From an uncultured Chloroflexia bacterium (GTDB lineage Bacteria > Chloroflexota > Anaerolineae > Anaerolineales > UBA4823), in assembly GCA_963777935.1 (NCBI GenBank), contig CAVZSL010000006.1:53522-117521 (forward strand): 64,000 bases of DNA, in the 5' to 3' direction. A program made the translations under genes and the position numbers. The notes below the pieces were generated by a model, which saw nothing but the letters and a program-made list of their open reading frames with translations, searched no databases and was not told the origin of the DNA. Positions 42,969-50,746 of the stretch are shown here, one piece after another. The number at the start of each line of letters is the position of its first letter. Positions within the stretch are counted from its first letter, which is position 1.

Positions 42969-43457
42969 ATGAATGCAAATGCCTTTCGCCATTTTTACGA
43001 CTATCACTTCACTGAAAATCGCAAAATATGGGATACATATATCACTGCACTATCCCATGAACAGTTCACCCAAAATGTGGGCTACTCTCATGGGTCTGTC
43101 CGAGACCAAATCGTTCATATCGTAAGTGTTGATGATACATGGTTTAGCGGATTGCGAGGCGTCGAAATCCCAGAATCGCTTAATCCCACTAACTTTAACG
43201 ATCGGAATATCATTCGTGCACACTGGGATGATGTCGAGCAATATATGCGCGATTATCTTACAAAACTGCAGGACGATATGTTATTCAAAAAACCGTTTGC
43301 AGATGGAGAAGACAAAGATCTTATACTTTGGCAAGTTCTTCTGCATGTAGTTAATCATGGTACGGATCATCGCGCACAAATTCTCAGAATACTAAACGAT
43401 TTGGGACTCAAAACAGTCTCTCAAGATTACATTTTCTATGTCTATGACCACTTGTAG
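42969..43457 (+). CDS. DinB/YfiT family protein
   Basis: SVRDQIVHIVSVD..W and LLHVVNHGTDHRAQ His motifs; GAGGAG RBS. Confidence 0.9.
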   Translation: MNANAFRHFYDYHFTENRKIWDTYITALSHEQFTQNVGYSHGSVRDQIVHIVSVDDTWFSGLRGVEIPESLNPTNFNDRNIIRAHWDDVEQYMRDYLTKLQDDMLFKKPFADGEDKDLILWQVLLHVVNHGTDHRAQILRILNDLGLKTVSQDYIFYVYDHL

Positions 43458-44125
43458 ATGTTTTTTCTGTTCATGCTGGGTTATCGCACTCCGCTGAGTT
43501 CGAGGCAATGGCAGCTGTTAGCCTAACTTATTATTCATAATACAACATCATCATCCCGATATTCTCGTATATGAGACGCGCGGGTCGCTTATTCTATTCA
43601 TCGTTGATATCTTGCCAGAGTGGTGTGGCAAGCCTGGTCATGTCAAGAAATTATGACCAAATGTAATGAAAATGGATTGCCTCGATCAGAGAAACGAAAG
43701 AGAAGAGTAAAAGTGATTCCTGGCAAAGGAAGTATTATATTAAATCCCATACATCTAAAAGCTTGTTGTTATCCAAAGGACTTCATCTCAGATGTACTCA
43801 GGTAATATCCTCCATAGTTTGAGTCAGCTCTCTACGCAACACCTGCAGATCTGCGTGGCACATCAGTTTTTGTATGATTTTTCCCATCCTCCCATTATTG
43901 CTTACTTTGACGGTTCAAACCGCCTCTAATGATAACCCTTTGAAATTCGCGGGGTAAGTATTTCAGGTAAAAAAAAATAGGGAGATCTTGTACTGAAAAA
44001 TGTATTCCTGTATAATGAAAACATAATTTGGTGGGATACTTGATAGAACAGTGGATAATTAATAATATAAACCTTATTGTATGAGCAGGCGAAACATATG
44101 ATATCCATCCAAATGTGAAAAAAAC

Positions 44126-45122
44126 ATGAACAAACTTGCTGTTACTAAAATCATTGGTATCGTGATTATTTTATTTGGGACGATTGGAGCAAATACGGTA
44201 TCTTCGCTTGGCTCAACGAATGCTCTAGGCAATGACCTTGATACACAATATGAGATTGGGACCGATGGGTATCCAGTTCCAAATGATGACCCTGTTGTGG
44301 CAGGAGCGGGAGATATTTCTTTATGTAGTAAACCTGAAGACACATATACTGCTGCACTGTTAGCGAACATTAATGGAGATGTGATTACCTTCGGAGACAA
44401 TACTCAAGTGGATGGGACAGCAAAGGAGTTTGCTGCTTGCTATGACCCAACTTGGGGTCAATATAAATACAAGACCCATCCATCTCCAGGCAATCATGAC
44501 TACCATTCTCCGGGGGCTTGGCCTTACTACCATTATTTTGGAAGTGCAGCAGGAGAAGTTGGCAAGGGGTATTACAGTTACGATATTGGATCCTGGCATC
44601 TCATCGCCCTTAATAGCCTGATAGATAACAGTTCAAACTCTACCTCAGGTTCAATGGTTACAAGCAGATTTGGATTCACATCAGAATGATTGCACATTAG
44701 CCTATTGGCATTACCCACTTTTTACATCCGGACTACCTAATAAAAGCGTGTCTTCGATAGGTGATATTTGGGATGTCCTTTATGAGCATGGCGTAGATGT
44801 TGTCTTGAATGGACATGTTCATTTGTATGAACGCTTCGCACCGCAGAATCCACAAGGTGTCGCAGACTCAAATGGAATCCGCGAATTTGTGGTGGGAACT
44901 GGAGGTGGTGGTTGGTTTGATGATTATTCGCCTATCGCCAATAGCGAAGTAATCAACAACGAAACCTACGGAGTGATAAAACTAACGCTTCATGAAAATA
45001 GTTATGACTGGGAGTTTATTCCCATTGAGGGACAAACATTTACCGATTCTGGAAGCGCTGATTGTATCACACCCTTGTTTACACCAATCAATACTTTTTT
45101 TCCACTAATATGGAAGAAATAG
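44126..45122 (+). CDS. Secreted calcineurin-like metallophosphoesterase, +1 frameshift near 44645
   Basis: Signal peptide; AGDI, GDN and GNHDY, then QVQWLQADL...WHYP and NGHVHLYERF in the next frame; C-terminal FFPLIWKK. Confidence 0.85.
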
Positions 45123-45842
45123 GTGAATATTCAACTATATGTCCTTCTTCAAATTGCGAAAAAAAATATATATGCATCCTCTGGTAATGCATTACTGAGG
45201 CAGGCATAATATCCAATCTCTTCGGTTTTTAGCTGCCTTTGAAAAAGGACAGGAATATTTATCCTTGACACTTCCAGTGATGAGAGAAAAATAAATAATA
45301 GAAACAGATAGAATAATTTAATATTTTTATGCACAGCGTCTCAAAGATCACAGGCTCAGATATGCTAAGAAGATCGCTGTTCGCTGACCTTTTATGCCTA
45401 GATCCAACGCTCATTTGCTCTCCATAATTATTATTACTCTCTTGACCTATTTTAGGTGCGGATCAGGCTTTCCATGCTAACAAATCGACTAGATGGTGTG
45501 TTCATTTGAAAATGTGCCCATATAAAATGAGCTCAAAAGGTTAATCTTGGACATGTTTATAATGGAGATCGGATTGGCATTATTAATGATTAGAAAATAC
45601 GGGATTGTAATATCCCATGCCGAAGCTAATTGTGGAATTATTTTTCCTACAAATTGACTTAATTCTCGAGAGCCTTTTCGGCGGCAAAGTCTACCTAGCT
45701 TCAAGGTAACATATCCACACCGTATCTGGGTTGAAATATACACTCCTTTCAATATCGATAGAAGATTAATGAAATATTAGCAAATAATATTGTATTTCGA
45801 ATATTTTCAGGGGTTAGAATCTCAATACTCGATATTTTTAAT

Positions 45843-45984
45843 TTGACGTAAGCAAATAGTATTGCTATAATGAAACCAAGGTCTTTACAGCGTTGATTAC
45901 AACCGTAGTGCAGACCAACAGGGAGAACATTGATTTATTTTTACACATGGAACTCAACGATGAAAGGAGGTGGGGGCTCACCGA
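45843..45984 (+). promoter_or_regulatory. Promoter plus structured leader, copy 1
   Basis: TTGACG-17-TATAAT; GGTCT(45880)...AGACC(45912) stem; ACAGGGAGA; ACTCAACGATGAAAGGAGGTG; CTCA; co-linear with 50413-50556. Confidence 0.75.
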
Positions 45985-46495
45985 TTTGTTAGATATTACT
46001 TGCCAGAATTGTTTCCTTGGCAATCTAGGGTATATGCATCACAGAGCAAGAACACCTTCCACAATGTGACGACAGTGTCCCGGTACACAAATATGATGTA
46101 AAGCTCGTGAAATCACAATCGAGAAATTCAACACAATTAAAAAGCCAGCTTCGGTATTCGCGACTCCGTTTTCGCCAGAGGTTTGGTTGCCAATCACCGA
46201 TTGGCCCTCACTGTTTTTTATATCGAATGGCTGTGTTTTATTGGTCACTTTATAATACTGGCCTGTGAATCAGTTTGAAAATCATGCGTAAATGCACCTG
46301 TTCTTATGTCCGGGTTTTGGTTAGGTACAGATAACGCATGATGAAAAGCATATAAAAAAACAATAACTTGATGAGGTGGATCAAGAATACACATGGATTT
46401 AAAAAATTTGAGAGGAGGTGCAGGGGAGGGCTTTTTCGAGGAGGACGCGGTTTATAAAACCCAAATTTGACCACAAAAAGAGAGAGGATTAAATC

Positions 46496-49400
46496 ATGAA
46501 TAAGAGTCGGTTATTAGGAATAATGCTAACGATAGTAATACTGTTTTCCCTTATCGGACCTATCACCACTGGGGTGAGTGCCGCCGAGACTCGGAACATC
46601 GTCATCCTCGGCACCAGTGACATTCACGGCAATGTTGACAATTACGATTATTTCACCGACAGCGTGCCCACTGGCTCATCTCAGCGTGGCCTGACGAAGA
46701 TCCAAACATACGTGAAGAATGTGGTAGCGACAAATCCCAACACTATAATCATCGACGATGGCGATACCATCCAGGGCACACCGCTGGTCTACAAGTTTGG
46801 TGTCCTGGATACTGTGACCCCGAACCCCATGGCACTCGCCATGAATACCATTGGGTATACAGCCTCAACAGTCGGGAACCATGAATTCAATTATGGCCCG
46901 GCTGTTTTTAGTAATTATCAAGGCCAAGCTCACTTCCCTCTGCTCTCAGCCAACGTGACAGGCTGCGTGGGTTATACCTTCCAGCCTTACACGATTAAGG
47001 ACATAGGAGGGGTACAAGTAGGAATCCTCGGCCTTACCCCGCCCGCGGTTGTGCATTGGGAGAGGCCTGAGAACATCGTCGGATGCGTCTTTGGGGACGC
47101 GGTCGCGGCAGCTCAGGTATACGTACCCGAGATACGCGCTGCAGGAGCCGATATCATCGTCGTGGCTGCTCATAGTGGCTTGGATGAGACTTACGGTTAT
47201 GGCCGGGATGAGAACTTCGTCAAATACCTGGCCAACGAAGTTTCCGGGATCGATGTGATCCTGGCGGGTCACGCCCATGCATTAGTGGCGAGTCAAGTTA
47301 TCAATGGCGTGCTGGTCACTGAGCCGAACTACCATACCCGCAATATTTCCGACATCCGCATCACGGTCAGTGGCTCTGGCACTGACTGGGCGGTAACTGC
47401 AAAGTCAAGTACAGCCCCGGCGATGGGCAGCATTGCGGAGGACCCAGGCTTATATGCCCTTATGAAGCCTTACCACGATGCTACAGTTGCCTACATCAAC
47501 ACCCCTATCGGCACTGCGACTGATGCCTTCCCCGGCGGATTCCCCGCCCGCATCGCAGACGGCCCGATGGCCGACCTGATTAATCAGGTGCAGATGGATG
47601 CCGCCGCGGTAGCCGGATTCCCGGTGGAAGCATCCTGCGCTGCGCTATTCACCAATGATGCCAAGCTAAACGCCGGTCCCATTAAACTCAAGGATGCCTA
47701 CGCGGTCTATATCTACGACAACACCCTCTATGTCATCGAAGCCACCGGCCAGATGATCAAGGATGAGTTGGAGTGGACGGCTAACTATTTCAATCAGTAT
47801 TACTATGAGCCTGCTGGCGTGACCGTGAATTCGGCAGTGCGTGACTACAACTATGATCTGTGGTCAGGTATTGAATATAAGCTCGACGTCACCAAACCGG
47901 TTGGACAGCGCGTGGTCGAATTAAAACTCAACGGCCAGCCTCTGGCGATGGACCAGATGGTGCGTGTGGCACTGAACAACTACCGGGCGACCGGCAAATT
48001 CCCCACCGCCACCAAGCTCTATCAATCCACCACCGAGGTGCGTGAGCTGATCACCAACTGGATCATGGCACGCGGCGTTATCTCCCCCAGCGACGTCTTC
48101 GTACAGAACTACACGCTGCTGCCACCAGTCAACACCTGGCTAAGCACAACTACTGCCAACCCAGTCACCCGCTCCGATTACGCAGACCTGCTCTGGACAG
48201 CCTTTGATGGAAATCGGGATGACTACCTAAGGATTCCTAGCGACAAAAATACTCCGGGTGTGGATCTAAATCGGGAGGGATTGTTCTTCCTCATGAGCGA
48301 CAAGGCCATGGAGAACCTGCGGGACATCGAAGTGGATATGTCGGTGCTTAATGCCTACTCTGATAAGAAGAATCTTTCCAATTGGGCAAAAGGGGCAACA
48401 GCCTATACAATTCAAAGCGGGATCTTCATGCCGGTTGGCAACATGATCTACCCCAAGCAGTTGGCAACCAACGCTGAAGCTCTCACCTGGGTGCGGGAGG
48501 CTCGCTACCCTTACTTTACCTTCGTCTCCACCAATGATTTCCACGGTCAGTTGGAGACTGGAAAGGTGGTAAGCAATAAACCAGTAGGTGGCGCAGCCTA
48601 TAACATGACCTACATCAACAACTATAGAGCGCTCAACCCGCTTGGGACCCTGTTGCTGGATGCCGGCGATATAATGCAAGGCACGGCCATCTCGAACTGG
48701 CTCTGGGGAGTGTCGGTCATCGATGTTTATAACCACATGGGTTACAACGCGGCTACCATGGGCAATCACGAGTTTGATTGGGGTCAAGCCAGATTGCAGG
48801 AACGCATCGCACAGGCAGAGTTCCCCATCCTGCTTGCTAACGTCTTCAACGAGGGCACTGATACCCGCCCTGATTGGCTGGTCCCCACGGTTATGCTCAC
48901 GGTCAAGGGACAGCAAATCGGTGTGATCGGCGTGACCAGTAAGGATACACCTAGCATCGTCATGGCAGGTAACACCGCTGGCTTGGAGTTTCGTGATGTC
49001 GGACCGGTGGTTAGTCAGCTAACTGCTGAACTGCGCGCGGCTGGTGCGGATATCGTCGTCGTCCTGGCGCACATGCCGGATGTATATGGCGGTGTCGTCA
49101 GCGGCGAGATGGTTGGGGTCGCCGTCCCCGGCGTGGACCTGATCATCTCGGGTCACTCCCACAGCGGCTACTCAGGTAAGATCAACAACATCCCGATCAT
49201 CCAGCAATACTCCTCCGGGACAGCTATTGGGGTTTCCAACCTGAGTTACGACCGATTGTACGGCGGCGTGGCAGGTTCCACCCTTGCAGTGGTGACCACT
49301 TACAATGCAGGCATCACGCCAAATGCTGAGATCGCAGCCTTAGTGGATGAATACCTGGCAGAGATCGCACCGATTAAGAACGTGGTCAAGGCCTCTACCT

Positions 49401-50026
49401 CCGGTCCCATTTCTAGGACCACCAACCCAGCGGGTGAATCACCTATGGGTACCCTGATTGCTGATGCCCAGGCGTGGAAGGGCGGTACCCAGATCGCCTT
49501 CATGAACCCTGGCGGCATTCGCGATGATATCTCGTACGCTAGCTATCCCCACGATATAACCTTCGGCGATTTCTTCGACGTCCAGCCGTTCGACAACAAG
49601 CTGGTCACCATGAATCTAACCGGGGCTAATATCTACAGCCTGCTGGAGCAGCAGTTCGCTCCCACCCAGACATGCACCCCAACCCCATGTGTCCCCAAAA
49701 AAGTGCTGCTGGTCTCGGGAATCACCTATAAGTACAGGTTGGCGCTCCCGGTAGGATCGCGCATCCTCGACCTCCAACTATCGGATGGCACTCCCATCGC
49801 AAACGATGCAACCACCTACACCGTCACGATGAATGAGTACCTGGCTACCGGTGGTGACAAGTTCAGCACGTTCCTCCAAGGGACCAACGTTATCCGCATT
49901 GGGGTCAGCGACCTGGACGCATTGGTCGAATACGTCCAAGACCGGTTTGGTGTGCCCCCGGGCAACACCCCTATCGATCCAACAGTCTATCCCACCATCG
50001 AAGGGCGCATCACCGAAGTACCATAA
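46496..50026 (+). CDS. Secreted multidomain 2',3'-cyclic-nucleotide phosphodiesterase / 5'-nucleotidase (YfkN-like) with central SLH-like segment
   Basis: Two metallophosphoesterase + 5'-NT-C modules (TSDIHG/DGD/GNHEFN/GHAH and TNDFHG/AGD/GNHEFD/GHSH, NPGGIR); central YSD...SNWAKGA..Y....GI......YPKQ.AT.AE. Confidence 0.9.
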   Translation: MNKSRLLGIMLTIVILFSLIGPITTGVSAAETRNIVILGTSDIHGNVDNYDYFTDSVPTGSSQRGLTKIQTYVKNVVATNPNTIIIDDGDTIQGTPLVYKFGVLDTVTPNPMALAMNTIGYTASTVGNHEFNYGPAVFSNYQGQAHFPLLSANVTGCVGYTFQPYTIKDIGGVQVGILGLTPPAVVHWERPENIVGCVFGDAVAAAQVYVPEIRAAGADIIVVAAHSGLDETYGYGRDENFVKYLANEVSGIDVILAGHAHALVASQVINGVLVTEPNYHTRNISDIRITVSGSGTDWAVTAKSSTAPAMGSIAEDPGLYALMKPYHDATVAYINTPIGTATDAFPGGFPARIADGPMADLINQVQMDAAAVAGFPVEASCAALFTNDAKLNAGPIKLKDAYAVYIYDNTLYVIEATGQMIKDELEWTANYFNQYYYEPAGVTVNSAVRDYNYDLWSGIEYKLDVTKPVGQRVVELKLNGQPLAMDQMVRVALNNYRATGKFPTATKLYQSTTEVRELITNWIMARGVISPSDVFVQNYTLLPPVNTWLSTTTANPVTRSDYADLLWTAFDGNRDDYLRIPSDKNTPGVDLNREGLFFLMSDKAMENLRDIEVDMSVLNAYSDKKNLSNWAKGATAYTIQSGIFMPVGNMIYPKQLATNAEALTWVREARYPYFTFVSTNDFHGQLETGKVVSNKPVGGAAYNMTYINNYRALNPLGTLLLDAGDIMQGTAISNWLWGVSVIDVYNHMGYNAATMGNHEFDWGQARLQERIAQAEFPILLANVFNEGTDTRPDWLVPTVMLTVKGQQIGVIGVTSKDTPSIVMAGNTAGLEFRDVGPVVSQLTAELRAAGADIVVVLAHMPDVYGGVVSGEMVGVAVPGVDLIISGHSHSGYSGKINNIPIIQQYSSGTAIGVSNLSYDRLYGGVAGSTLAVVTTYNAGITPNAEIAALVDEYLAEIAPIKNVVKASTSGPISRTTNPAGESPMGTLIADAQAWKGGTQIAFMNPGGIRDDISYASYPHDITFGDFFDVQPFDNKLVTMNLTGANIYSLLEQQFAPTQTCTPTPCVPKKVLLVSGITYKYRLALPVGSRILDLQLSDGTPIANDATTYTVTMNEYLATGGDKFSTFLQGTNVIRIGVSDLDALVEYVQDRFGVPPGNTPIDPTVYPTIEGRITEVP

Positions 50027-50036
50027 TACTTGTAAC

Positions 50037-50062
50037 GGGAGGGAACCACGAGGTTCCCTCCC
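50037..50062 (+). terminator. Strong hairpin after the nucleotidase gene (terminator or attenuator)
   Basis: 11-bp stem GGGAGGGAACC-ACGA-GGTTCCCTCCC with weak U-tail (TCTTC). Confidence 0.6.
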
Positions 50063-50078
50063 TCTTCATGAGGTTAAG

Positions 50079-50306
50079 ATGGCTGATGATCGTAAAATCG
50101 TGTATGTCAATGGTAAGCCCATCTCTATCTTTCTCTGGGCTGAAGTACAGCACTGCGTCAATGCCTATGATAGTGAGCTTTACCTAAAAGTGTGTAGGGG
50201 AGAGGCAGAGATTGTCGATGAAATAGGAGGACGGATCGGTTGGGGCGGTTTTGCCAGCAACGGTCAGCACATCTATGTGCGCCTTCTAAGCATGGATGAT
50301 GATTGA
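50079..50306 (+). CDS. Small hypothetical protein (75 aa), possible beta-grasp fold
   Basis: GAGGT RBS + ATG 50079 inside track ORF 49833-50306; IVYVNGKPISI...IVDEIG...SNGQHIYV pattern. Confidence 0.65.
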   Translation: MADDRKIVYVNGKPISIFLWAEVQHCVNAYDSELYLKVCRGEAEIVDEIGGRIGWGGFASNGQHIYVRLLSMDDD

Positions 50307-50412
50307 AGCCTACAATCCATTTTTTTATCAATGGAAGTTCAATCATAGACTAGCAAAAATTATTGTTTTTTGGGCGTTTTTATAAGAAAACAATCGATTT
50401 TGGGGGTTAAGT

Positions 50413-50556
50413 TTGACTTGAGCAAGTAATATAGCTATAATATATTTACGGTCTAGAAATCAGTAGTAATATTGAAATTTGATTAGACCTACAGGGAGAT
50501 CAGCGATTGTTTCAATAAGGTATACTCAAGGATGAAAGGAGGTGTCATCTCAGCGA
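50413..50556 (+). promoter_or_regulatory. Promoter plus structured leader, copy 2
   Basis: TTGACT-17-TATAAT; GGTCT(50450)...AGACC(50485); ACAGGGAGA; ACTCAAGGATGAAAGGAGGTG; CTCA. Confidence 0.75.
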
Positions 50557-50746
50557 ACGACAAGTTCTAAACCATTGGTATTGTTCCCCTGTAGTAGGAT
50601 GCTTTATAAACAATGGGGAATATCGATGAGTCAGTGGAGAAAATCACCGATTTGATAAAACATTCAGCTTTGGAATAATTTAACAGTGAAACCAAAGCAG
50701 CAGAGCAATTAAAAACACCCAAACGAAAATTTACTGGAGGAAATCC

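Noticed and set aside
11177-44689. Programmed ribosomal frameshifting or phase variation at the split genes
   Set aside because: No slippery heptamers, long homopolymers or short tandem repeats at the breakpoints
37642-45800. Integrative element or prophage inserted in comM
   Set aside because: No integrase, transposase or phage gene and no duplicated comM end; both comM halves are adjacent
45960-45992. Leader peptides MKGGGGSPIC (and MKGGVISANDKF at 50532-50570)
   Set aside because: MKGG is the automatic translation of ATGAAAGGAGGT; upstream RBSs are weak and the rest is not conserved, so they are not called as CDS (not excluded without Ribo-seq)
49833-50078. N-terminal half of the 157-aa track ORF
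   Set aside because: Overlaps the nucleotidase in another frame and crosses the hairpin; the real start is likely 50079
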